This document shows positions 8,025-18,553 of a stretch of DNA of 32,000 bases, one piece after another. Each line of letters begins with the position of its first letter. Position 1 is the stretch's first letter. The notes beneath the pieces were generated by a model, which searched no databases, was not told the origin of the DNA, and saw only the letters and a program-made list of their open reading frames with translations. The DNA lies in the sequence record NW_027117421.1, one strand, 5' to 3'. A program made the position numbers and the translations under genes.

Positions 8025-9011
8025 ACTTTTTTAGGTAATCACACGAAAAAGACAAAGGATAATATATTAAGGCTTGTATGTAACTATAAAGCTCCTTTAT
8101 TTAATAATAGCTTCTCATACCTGAATAAAGGTTCAAGGTATGTACGAAGATATTCTTCAGTCTCACATAGTAATATGTTGGGTTATTATTTAGCAGGATT
8201 AATCGAAGGTGATGGTTCTATCATTCTTAGAAAAGGAGATAGAGAAAAAACTTCACCTAAGATTGTATTTACTTTTGGTATTAAGGAATTAACAATGTAT
8301 GAAAAACTAAAAAAAATTCTGGATACCGGATCTATATATGTAGAGAAAAAAGGAGTGTGTAGATATAGTATTACTAACGCGGAGGCAGTTATTAATATAA
8401 TTAACTTGGTGAACGGTAAATTTCGTACGCCTAAAATAACTGCTTTATATAATGCGATAGATAATCTTAATAAGTGGAGAAACGCTAACTTATTAAAATT
8501 ACCTTTAGATAATAGTAATTTAGAATCTAATGCATGATTAGCAGGATTTATAGATACAGATGGTCATTTTTCTATAAAGTTAACAGGAAATTTTGCCTCT
8601 AGCGATTCAAATGTCAGGGGTAGAGTAAAATGTGTTTTCACTATAACTCAGAGTGAATTAAACAGAGTAACCTTAGAGTCTAATGTACCTTTTATGACTA
8701 AACTAGCCGAATTTTTCCAAGTTAATTTGAATTATAAGACTGAAAACTCTCCTGTTTTTAAAGAGCCCGCTAAAAAGGTAATATTCTACGCTCAATCTGA
8801 TCGAAAACATTTTATTATAACTACATATCTTGCTAAATTTCCATTGATGACTAGCAAGCACCTAAACTATTTATCTTTTTTTAAAGGGTTAAATTATTTA
8901 GGTAAAAGATTAAATAAGGAGGAAATACTTGAAGTACAAGCTCTTAAAAATTCTATGAATAATAAACGAACAGAATTTAATTGAGATCATCTTAATAATT
9001 TTTATGTTTAA
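8025..9011 (+). CDS. Double-motif LAGLIDADG endonuclease, in frame with the duplicated exon-like TFLGNHT codons
   Basis: Track ORFs 8010-8537 and 8694-8984 join in one frame through TGA. Motifs are LAGLIEGDGS and LAGFIDTDGH. TAA at 9009-9011. Confidence 0.75.
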
Positions 9012-9204
9012 CTTATATTTGTAGACTTATCCTTAGGGGATAAGCGAAGCTCTCCTTTTTAGAGTAACGCTCCCGTCATGATATTTTCTAGGTTGATTCC
9101 TGGTTCTTGTATTATATAACAACTAAAAGTACTGGTTTATATAATGTTAATATAATTATTTCTAAATTTTTTAAAGTAAGAATCAATAAAAGTCATACCT
9201 ATAG
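8025..9204 (+). mobile_element. LAGLIDADG-ORF cassette / possible second intron, beginning with a 21-nt copy of the cox3 exon 2 start
   Basis: 8025-8045 ACTTTTTTAGGTAATCACACG versus 9205-9225 ACTTTTTTAGGTAACCACACT. The segment ends in G. I could not recognise a group I core in 9012-9204. Confidence 0.5.
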
Positions 9205-9261
9205 ACTTTTTTAGGTAACCACACTCTCGCAGTCCAAAAAGGATTAAATTTAGGTGTTATT
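9205..9261 (+). CDS. cox3: cox3 exon 2 (19 codons, TFLGNHTLAVQKGLNLGVI)
   Basis: Conserved COX3 sequence in frame with exon 1. Followed by GTGCGCC. Confidence 0.85.
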
Positions 9262-11630
9262 GTGCGCCATTGAAGTTGGTGTGGGTATGGATCAACCTTA
9301 TGATCTGAGCATTATTCCAACATGTTCCCGGCAACAAGGTTAGGTAAAGGAGAAAATCCCGAGCTGAACATAGCATCCTTGATAAAGGCAGTGAAAAATA
9401 GAACTACCCAAAAGATAAACTGCCAAGCCGAGACCTCTATGAGTAAAGATATACTTCTTGAACTCCATCTACTAGGCGCCTCATTCCTAAGGGCTTCGAT
9501 TCGGGTAGGACAGGTCGAATGAAGTGAATTAGTGTTCAAAATAACGACATTAATTTGGAATCACATCAGCCAGGATAGAATATCTATTCATAATGTAGAG
9601 AGTGGAGGCTCTAAGGGGGTCGTAAAACCCACAACAAAAACTATGGGATTGCCTAACGTCCCGCGGGACCATGGTAACAGAGGAATCGTAATACCATCGA
9701 ATCAATGACCGATGGGAAGGATTCCAGTTTACGGACTTCGTAAAATATCTATGACGGCTGGAAGTTCCAGTACAGTTTCGACTGACGCCATAACCAGGTT
9801 ACGAAAAATTGCAGAATTATGTAAAGAAAATCCGAATTTCATAGTTACGGATAAACTATACAAACTTTTATACGACAGAAACCTATACCAGGCTGCATAT
9901 AACAAACTGAAAAGCAATCCCGGTAACATGACTCCGGGTATGACACCTACAACCCTTGACGGAATGTCATTGGAGGTTGTAGACGGAATAATAAACAGTA
10001 TCAAATCCGAAACATTCGACTTCCAACCCGGTAGAAGAGTTAATATCCCAAAACCCAATGGAAAAACTCGGCCCTTAACTATTGCTCCACCAAGAGACAA
10101 ATTAGTTCAGGAATGTATTAGAATGATACTAGAAGCTATTTACGAAAATAGCTTCTCGGAGTACAGCCACGGATTCAGACCCAACAAAGGATGTCACTCG
10201 GCCCTGAAGATGCTAAATCAAAAATTAAGAGTCTCTAACTGATTTATTGAAGGGGAGATTAGCAATTGTTTCCCATCCATCAATCATAATATTATGATCG
10301 AAATACTGGAAGAAAGAATTAAAGATAGAAGATTTATAAATTTGATACGTAAAGCCTTGAAAGCAGGGTATTTCGAATTTAGACAAATATCTATCTCAGT
10401 AGCGGGGACTCCCCAGGGGTCAATTATAAGCCCAATACTGGCTAATATCTTCCTTGACAAATTTGACAAGTTCATTGAAGAGTTAAAAGCCAACTTCGAC
10501 ATTGGTTCAAAGGCCAGCATCAACCCAGCTTGAAAAAAATTGGAAAACGCTAACTGAAGAGCCAAAACAATCGAAGAGAAGATTCGAATTCGTAAAGAAA
10601 TGATACAAGTAAAATCTAAATTAGCGATAGACCCTTCGTTCAATAAACTATCATATATCAGATACGCAGATGACTGAATTGTTGGAGTTAGAGGATCCGC
10701 GGAAGAATGCCGCCAAATTCTCGAAAAAATAGACGTATTCTTAAGAGATGTCCTTAAACTAGAACTATCGAAAGAAAAAACCAAAATAACAAACGTGAAC
10801 AAGGATTTAGCCAGATTTCTATCTGTTGATATAAGAAAGTTCCAACACGACATATTCAGAAAGGTTAAGGGTAGAAATACGAGAGTAGCAGATGCGCTTA
10901 GATTCACGGCCCCTCTTGAAAGAATAACCGCAAAGCTAAAAGCTAACGGATTTTTAAAAGAGAACAGACCGGCCCCAAGATTTATCTGAATGAAGAATGA
11001 GAAGGACGAAATTATACTACTATACAACTCAGTATACAGAGGTATTATGAACTATTACCGTTTCGTGCACAATTACAATGAACTATCATCCTGAGTCCAC
11101 TATATACTAAAAGCATCTTGCGCCAAACTACTAGCCGCAAAATTTACCATGAAATCTCAAGCCAAGGTGTTCGAAAAATATGGTAAAGATCTAAAAGGAG
11201 ATAGCAAGCACGGATTCGTGAAAGCGAGCTACGGTATAAAGCCCTCCGCATTCAACGTGAATACAAATGACATCCTACTTAGAGTAAACGCACAAGGTAT
11301 ATCAAAAGCTTCCTTGGAAAACTTGGTATGCTCTGTCTGTGAATCTGAATATAGAGTGGAGATGCACCACGTGAAAATGATGAAGGACCTAAACCCAAAA
11401 GCCCGTTTTATAGATAGATTGATGGCCAGAAAAAATCGTAAGCAGATCGCGTTGTGTAGAAACTGTCATATGGAACACCACAAAAATAAGGACAATTAAT
11501 CACATAATGAAAGCAATTTAGAGCCGCAAATGGAGAGCCGTATGATGGGAAACTATCACGTACGGTTCGGGAAAGGGGTAGTACGCTATTATGAAATAAA
11601 AACTCGGAGGGGCGTATTATTCTAGTTCAT
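9262..11630 (+). mobile_element. Group II intron in cox3 encoding RT-maturase-HNH
   Basis: 5' GTGCGCC. Domain V at 11535-11568. 3' end AGTTCAT. Splits GVI|LFIVSEA. Confidence 0.9.
9712..11499 (+). CDS. Group II intron reverse transcriptase / maturase with a C-terminal HNH-type zinc-finger nuclease domain
   Basis: Four track ORFs (9712, 10294, 10795, 11149) share one frame and join through TGA. Motifs include [24 protein letters not shown] and CSVCES...HHV...CRNCH. The frame stays open back to the exon at 9262. Confidence 0.9.
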
Positions 11631-11782
11631 TTATTTATAGTAAGTGAAGCTTTATTCTTCTTAGCTATATTCTGAGCATTCTTTCACAGCGCCTTAACAC
11701 CTACTGTGGAATTAGGAGCTCAATGACCTCCTCTAGGAATAGAACCTGTTAATCCTTTCGAACTTCCTTTATTAAATACAGT
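11631..11782 (+). CDS. cox3: cox3 exon 3 ([50 protein letters not shown], ending in a split codon GT)
   Basis: Conserved COX3 sequence. Ends in T. Confidence 0.85.
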
Positions 11783-13193
11783 ATGTTTTAATACTATTGA
11801 TATTATATATATCATTATTGCTGTGTGAGTGCAAATCTCACTCTATACATTTATTATTCACAACAATTTTAACTCTTATTTTATATTATCTAACTACCCT
11901 CATTTTATAGATAGATTAAGTCCTAAGCCTAAAAGATATTTTAGCCTTTCGCCCAGGCCTAGCGCCTGTGCTAGGCCGAAGGGTACAAGTAATAATCAAG
12001 ATGTCGAATTCTATAAATGATTTTCGGGGTTTACTGACGCAGAAGGATCATTTATGATAACTCCTGCGAAGCAGGCTAAAGGATTTAGTTTTAGATTTTC
12101 TATAGGTTTACATATAGATGATTTAAATGTATTAAACTATATTAAAGATAAGTTAGGCTTCGGAAAAGTATATTCTAGCAATAATACTTGTTATTTTAAT
12201 GTTACAAAAAAAGAGGATATTTTAAAACTAATTAATATATTTGACGCTTATTTGCTTAATTCTACTAAAAGATTTAATTTTTTAGATTTAAAAAAAGCCT
12301 ATTATTTGTATTACGATAGAGATTTGTTAACTCCTGAGCTAACAAATCAAATATTAGATATAAAAAATAATATGAACAATTTGCGAGAAAATTTACATAA
12401 TTTACAGGAATTTAATATATCTAAAGAATGATTATTAGGGTTTATTGAAGGAGACGGCTCTTTTAGTCTTAGTAGAAATACTATGGAGCCAGTATTTTCA
12501 ATAAAACTTTCAGAAACGGAATTATCTCTTTTGTATGCAATAAAAGAATATCTAATAAATAACCTAAGTTTAGATATATATTCAGTAAATAAATTAGAAG
12601 GTTCTTCTGTAATATCCTGCTTCGCAGGAAAAGGTAAAGCTGTAAATAATAGTAAACCTCTTGCTACATTAACAATAAAAAATCTACATTTTAATAATAA
12701 TGTATTTATACCTTTTTTGGATGAAAGTCAATTCATATCTAAAAAAGGCTTAGACTTTAAAGATTTTAAACTTATTTGTCTTATTATTTATATAGGTGGC
12801 TATAGAATAGAAAGAATTAAAAATTTATTAATAAAATTGTCTATGACTATGAATAACTCTAGACTATCAAATTATATAGGAGAAAAGGTAAGCATAAGCC
12901 CTACTGATCTCAAAGATATATTAGCTAGTGAAGAAACTATTCAACATCTTAGCGATGGACGAGAGTTAGACATTAAGACAAAAAAATTAATACATAGAAG
13001 ATCAAGTAGTAGTGTATTTGAAATTTTTAAACCTTCAGGGGAAATATTAATAAAACGAAATTTAGCGGATTCCGCTAAAGAAATAGGTGTAGGATTTAAT
13101 ACTTTAAAAAGACAATTAGATAATTCATTATCTGAAGTAGAGTACAAAGGATATAAAATAAAAAGAATAGGAGTTTTTAAAAAGAAAGTGTAA
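11783..13193 (+). CDS. Double-motif LAGLIDADG endonuclease with an extra C-terminal NUMOD1-like helix-turn-helix module
   Basis: Track ORFs 11829, 12054 and 12483 share one frame continuous with exon 3. Motifs are FSGFTDAEGSF and LLGFIEGDGSF. C-terminus reads ...NLADSAKEIGVGFNTLKRQLDN...YKGYKIKRI. Confidence 0.75.
11945..11983. repeat. GC-rich palindromic cluster inside the LAGLIDADG ORF (in frame)
   Basis: CCTTTCGCCCAGGCCTAGCGCCTGTGCTAGGCCGAAGGG. Same family as 15452-15493 and, inverted, 26663-26699. Confidence 0.8.
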
Positions 13194-13500
13194 TAACGTA
13201 AGTAAAAGGAAGATTACAATCAAATTTGCTTAGAAATGTATAGAAAAATTAGGTGAAAACGGTCAACGGTATCCTAACCATAGACCGTCGGCAGTTGTAA
13301 ATGTCGCTACAGACTGGTTCACCGGGGTTAGGCTGAAATGTCTGTCCAAATGTACAGTCGAACTTTATAACAAGTACAATATTGTAATAAGAAAAGGATT
13401 ACTTCATTCCATGTACGGGAAGTACTCTATTGTATTAATAGAGATTATAATCTTATGTTAGTGGGGCAATTTTGCTTTACTAATTCGTTAATTAAAGTTG

Positions 13501-13622
13501 ATTATTATTATCAAGTGGAGCTACAGTTACTTATGCTCACCATTCTTTAATACAAGGTAAAAGAAGTGGTGCCTTATACGGTTCTATAGCTACAGTTTTA
13601 TTAGCTGTAATTTTCACAGGCT
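13501..13622 (+). CDS. cox3: cox3 exon 4 (LLLSSGATVTYAHHSLIQGKRSGALYGSIATVLLAVIFTG, plus the first base of the next codon)
   Basis: Conserved COX3 sequence. Ends in T. Confidence 0.85.
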
Positions 13623-14746
13623 TAAATATTATTACTATACTTTTTTTTCATGTTGGCTTTACAAAGCAAGCCTTAAATAATAATTACATACCGAGCATGA
13701 AGTTAGTTGAACGTACCTGTTCAGGATACTGTTATAGTTTAAAAACTGCTTTTTATACTACGAAATGTGCGTTTAGCACCAAAAGATTCTACACTAATAT
13801 AGTAGATATAAAAGAACCGAATCTTTATCTTTCCCCTTACTGGGTTACGGGATTTGTAGATGCAGAAGGTACATTTTCTCTGAAAGTTTCTAAAAGTAGT
13901 GCTACTCGTTCCGGTTGAAATGTGACACCTGAATTTCAAATTACATTACATAGCAGAGATTTACTTTTATTAAGAAAAATACATTCCTTTTTCGGTATAG
14001 GTAGAGTTAACGAACGTGGAGATAGAAATGAAGCATCTTATAGCGTTCAGTCTGCACGTGCTATAGCTAATGTAATTATACCTCATTTTGATAAATATCC
14101 TTTAATAACTCAAAAAAGAGCTGATTACCTTTTGTTTAAACAAGGTATAGATTTATTATTAAATAGTCAAGCACGTCATAGTATTGAAGGGATGGAGAAA
14201 ATTATAAGTCTTAAAGGATCCTTGAATTTAGGTTTATCTCCTACATTAAAAATTAACTTTCCTACCGTTAAACCTTTTTTTCGTCCAGAAGTAAGTGGTT
14301 TAAGTATTCAGAATCCTAATTGATTAACGGGTTTTGTAGATGGAGAGGGTTGTTTTTATGTTAAATCACTTAAGAATAACAAATATTCAACAGGCTTTAG
14401 TGTTAACCTAGTTTTCTCAATAGCTCAACATGTAAGGGATGAGGCTTTATTAACTACATTTATAGATTACCTAGGTTGTGGTAGAATAGAGAAAGCTTCA
14501 ACCAGACCTGGCGAAGTAAATTTTGTTGTAAGTAAATTTAGTGATATTAAGGAAAAGATAATTCCTTTTTTTCAAAGTTATCATTTACAAGGGATAAAAT
14601 GTATGGATAATTTAGATTTTGTTAAGGTAGCTAATATAATAGAAACTAAAGGTCATTTAACTCCTGAAGGTATTAATAAGATAAATTCTTTAAAATCCGG
14701 AATGAATAGTGGAAGAGTAATTAATTATGAAAAGGCGCTAGATTAA
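13623..14746 (+). CDS. Double-motif LAGLIDADG endonuclease
   Basis: Track ORFs 13697 and 13922 join through TGA. Motifs are VTGFVDAEGTF and LTGFVDGEGCF. TAA at 14744-14746. Confidence 0.8.
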
Positions 14747-15265
14747 GCCAGCCAACCCTTCGGTCTAAACCCAGAGTTCAGGTACCTGGACTCTGGGTAG
14801 AAAGGTGAAAAAAAAAAGTATATAAGGAAGGCCTTTACTTATAGTTATGTTTATATTAAATAGAAAATATTTTTATGCATAATTTAGGTTTATAAACAAA
14901 GTCAATTGCATAAAAACCTTGTTTGTAATATTTACATTTTAGCTTAAACTGTGTTTAAGACACTTTTTATTTTAAGTGTAAATTAATCTAATTCAAGACG
15001 ATATGCAGCCAAGTCTTATTAAATATTACAGATAATCTTTAATAGAAAGGTTCAACGACTAACTTAAATAGAATAATCTAATTTACTATAGAAAAAATGA
15101 AATCATAGGGGTCATATTGACCTGACATTTAATCTATATTATCTTTTTTTTTTCTATTATTCAAAAACTTTGATGTATAGATAACATATTATTATACATA
15201 TTACATAGTCTGAACAAGAGTGTAAATTATTGAAGTAGGTAAGAAGCCTACGATAACATAAATTG
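13623..15265 (+). mobile_element. Group I intron (cox3) with an in-frame LAGLIDADG ORF
   Basis: Core elements GATATGCAGCCAAG, GGTTCAACGACTAAC and ACATAGTCTGAAC. Ends in G before TCCAAGG. Confidence 0.8.
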
Positions 15266-15355
15266 TCCAAGGATTAGAATATAGTGTTTCATCATTTACA
15301 ATTAGTGATGGAGCTTTTGGTGCATGTTTCTTCTTTGCTACCGGTTTCCATGGCT
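15266..15355 (+). CDS. cox3: cox3 exon 5 ((F)QGLEYSVSSFTISDGAFGACFFFATGFHG, plus the first base of the Leu codon)
   Basis: Conserved COX3 sequence. Phase is consistent with exons 4 and 6. Confidence 0.85.
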
Positions 15356-16407
15356 TAGTTATGCTAAAATTTAATTATGATACTACTCAACCAAAATACA
15401 CATTTAAACCAATAAAAATTTTAAGTGTTATAAATAAAAGATTTTATTCAACCTCTCGGCCCAGGCCTATGGACCTGGTCCTAGGCCGAAGGGCAGTAAA
15501 AGTAAAAGATATAGAGCTTTGTCCTAACTGAGTAACAGGATTTGCCGATGCTGAATCTAGTTTTAGTTTAAAAGTCTCTAAGAAAAGTACAGCTAAATCC
15601 GGTTGAAGTATAATTCCTGAATTTAGAATAGAATTACACAGCAGGGATATAATTTTATTAAGAAAAATAAAAAATTATTTCGATATAGGTATAATTAGTG
15701 AACGTTTAGATAGAAATATTATAGTTTATAGTGTTCAATCTATTAGAGATATTTTAAATGTAATTATACCTCATTTCGAGAAATACCCATTAATAACTCA
15801 AAAAAGAGCTGACTATCTTTTATTTAAACAAGCTATTAATTTATTAGATTCAAAGGTACAATCTGATATTGAAGGAATTTATAAAATAATGGCAATAAAA
15901 GCATCCATGAATACAGGTTTATCTGATAAATTAAAAATTAGTTTTCCTACTGTATACCCAGTATGTCGTCCTTTAATTAATTTTGAGGGTGATTTTCATC
16001 CTAATTGATTGACAGGTTTTACAGATGGAGAAGGTTGTTTTTACGTTAACACTAAAAAAGCTAAAACCTTAACAGGTTATCAAATTATTATGACTTTCTC
16101 AATTTCTCAACATGTAAGAGATGAAAGGTTAATAACTAAAATTATGGATTATTTAGAATGCGGTAGTATTGAAAAAGTTTCAGCCAGACCTACTTATGTT
16201 ACGATGGTTGTATACAAATTTACTAGCATTAAAGATAAAATAATACCTTTTTTTTGTAGATACCCTTTACAAGGTGTAAAATCTATGGATTTCAAGGATT
16301 TTTGTAAAATATCTAATATAATGATAACTAAAGAACATTTAACTTTAGAAGGTGTAAAAAAAATAAAATCTTTAAAATCTGGAATGAATAGTAGTAGAAT
16401 TTTATAA
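15356..16407 (+). CDS. Double-motif LAGLIDADG endonuclease, paralog of the 13623-14746 ORF
   Basis: In frame with exon 5. Motifs are VTGFADAESSF and LTGFTDGEGCF. More than half of positions are identical to the paralog by eye. Confidence 0.8.
15452..15493. repeat. GC-rich palindromic cluster inside the LAGLIDADG ORF (in frame)
   Basis: CCTCTCGGCCCAGGCCTATGGACCTGGTCCTAGGCCGAAGGG. Absent from the paralogous ORF at the matching position (after KRFY). Confidence 0.85.
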
Positions 16408-16743
16408 AAATACGCGTGTAGGCCCTGTTTTATTATACATAGTAATATATATATATATATATACTATTTTAAATTTAACAGCAAATAAAGTTAATTGCAT
16501 GAAGATCTATAATCATAGAAAATATGCAGCCAACTAGATATTATATATTATAGATAATTGTAATATCTAAAGGTTCAACGATTAATTTTACAGTATTATA
16601 CTGTAATACAAATTTTACTGAGCAATATATTGTATATTGTTTAGATGATATAATCTGAACAATAGTGTGAACTATTGAAACATAGGAATTTTTCCTATAT
16701 AACAAAATATACTTAATAATTCTTGCGTTTATTGTTAGACAAT

Positions 16744-18383
16744 GTCAAATTCCAGCTTCGCTGGGGTTAATGAGTGTAGCCCTGATCATATATATATATA
16801 TTATACATAAAACTAAAACTATAAACTGTAATAATTTAGTAGCAGCATATAATAATTTGTTGCCTTCCGGGCACGATAAAAATTTATTAGTTACTCGTCC
16901 TGTTAATTCTAAAGATAAGTCTTTATCTGAGGTAGAAAATGTTTATTCTTTAGATAAAGAGTTTTTAGAATGATTAGTAGGATTCTCGGATGGAGAGGCT
17001 AATTTCAATATTAAAATAACTGATTTAAAAGATAATACCTTTAAAAATGTTCAATTTACATTTCAAATAGGTCTTCATAAAGATGATATAAAGGTGTTAG
17101 AATATATAATGAATATTCTAAAATGTGGGCATATTTCTAAATCTAAAGATAGAGTAAATTTTTTTGTTAATGATTTAAATTCATTGTTATATATTATAAT
17201 ACCCATATTTGATTATGTTAATCTTAATAGTTCAAAATACCATCATTTTGAATTATTTAAAAAAGCAGTAATGTTAACTAAAAATAAAGACCATTTATCT
17301 CCTAAAGGTAAATTAGATATAATAAGATACCAAAGAGAAATGCAAAATATGTCTGGTAAATGAATACCAGGCTCTATTAATAATAGAATAAAAATAACCA
17401 AATTTTGATTAGCTGGGTTTATAGACGCTGAAGGTAGTTTTTCAACTAATAAATATGTACCTAGATTTAAGTTGGAAAATCATATTAAGGAACTAGAGTT
17501 ATATAATAAATTAAGAGAATTCTTTAATGCAGGTAATGTTATATTAACTACGCCTAGAGTAGATAGAGTTAATAGTAATCCTACTATAGTGTTAGAAATT
17601 AATAAGATTAGAGAAATACGAGATAATTTAATACCACTGTTGTATAATAATGAAAATATGTTATTAAAAACTTTAAAAGCTGAAGATTTTTCATTATGAT
17701 TAAAGCTGGTGGATATGTATTATAAAGGTTATCATACTTTATCTGAAGGAAAATATATATTTGATGCAATTAAATTATATATTAATAAATATAGATTGAC
17801 AACTAATATAAATTTACTTAAAGGTGAAGAACGGATTTCAATTTTAGATATAGAAAGTTTATTAGATAAACTTTATTTATATGATAGTCCATATGAAATA
17901 AAACAAGGTATAAGATATTATAGAAATACCACTAAATTAGTTAGTGAAGCTACTAATATTACAGTTATAGATAGTAATAAAAATCGCAGAATTTATAACA
18001 GTATAAGTGAATGTGCTAAAAGTCTAAATATTTCTAGACATAAAATTAAATATTGTTTAAATACAGGTAAATCCATAGATGGATATGTTTTTGTATTAAA
18101 CTAATATATATATATTATTTTCAAAAAAATAGTAAATAGCAAAAAAGTCTTTGTTTATATATCAACTAAAAGATAATTTGCTGCCAAGTATATATTGTTT
18201 ATGACATATATAAAGGTTCAACGACTAGCCAATAAATATTATGTTACTTTAACTATTAAAGTAAAAGAATGGCATTAACACTATTCATATTAATTATTAA
18301 AAAAAAAAAATTTTTTTATCAAATAAGCACTAATATGAAGACATAGTCTAAACAATAATGTGAATTATTGTATAATAAAAATG
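16744..18383 (+). mobile_element. Group I intron unit (cox3) directly following the previous unit; 5' border uncertain
   Basis: Core elements TAATTTGCTGCCAAG, GGTTCAACGACTAGCC and GACATAGTCTAAAC. Ends in G before TACACGTT. Confidence 0.5.
16770..18104 (+). CDS. Double-motif LAGLIDADG endonuclease with a C-terminal NUMOD1-like module
   Basis: Track ORFs 16770, 17094, 17472 and 17709 share one frame and join through TGA. Motifs are LVGFSDGEANF and LAGFIDAEGSF. C-terminus reads RIYNSISECAKSLNISRHKIKYCLNTGKSIDGYVFV. The frame is open from 16686. Confidence 0.75.
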
Positions 18384-18553
18384 TACACGTTATGGTAGGA
18401 TCAGCTTTCTTAGCAGTAGCTTTATGAAGAATATATTCTTACCATTTAACTGACAATCACCATTTGGGTTTTGAAGGGGGAATTTTGTACTGACACTTCG
18501 TGGACGTAGTATGACTTTTTTTGTACGTATCAGTATACTACTGAGGGTCATAG
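18384..18553 (+). CDS. cox3: cox3 exon 6 ((L)[55 protein letters not shown], stop TAG)
   Basis: Conserved COX3 C-terminus. The six exons sum to 810 nt, which is 269 codons plus a stop. Confidence 0.9.

Larger units (their letters stand above)
11783..13500 (+). mobile_element. Group I intron (cox3) with an in-frame LAGLIDADG ORF
   Basis: Follows T and ends in G (AAAGTTG). Exon phase is restored (GT|A). Confidence 0.75.
15356..16743 (+). mobile_element. Group I intron unit (cox3), paralog of the 13623-15265 intron; 3' border uncertain
   Basis: Core elements AATATGCAGCCAAC, GGTTCAACGATTAAT and GATATAATCTGAAC. Candidate terminal G at 16725, 16734 or 16743. Confidence 0.5.

Noticed and set aside
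9312-9539. ORFs 9322-9522(+) and 9312-9539(-) near the start of the cox3 group II intron
   Set aside because: The + frame is simply the exon-continuous read-through into domain I of the intron, and its TGA is Trp. The minus ORF is antisense to it.
10284-11027. 247-aa ORF on the minus strand
   Set aside because: It lies entirely antisense to the well-supported RT-maturase ORF. The product is low-complexity and Ser/Leu/Phe-rich, with no motif. It is most simply explained as an antisense open frame.
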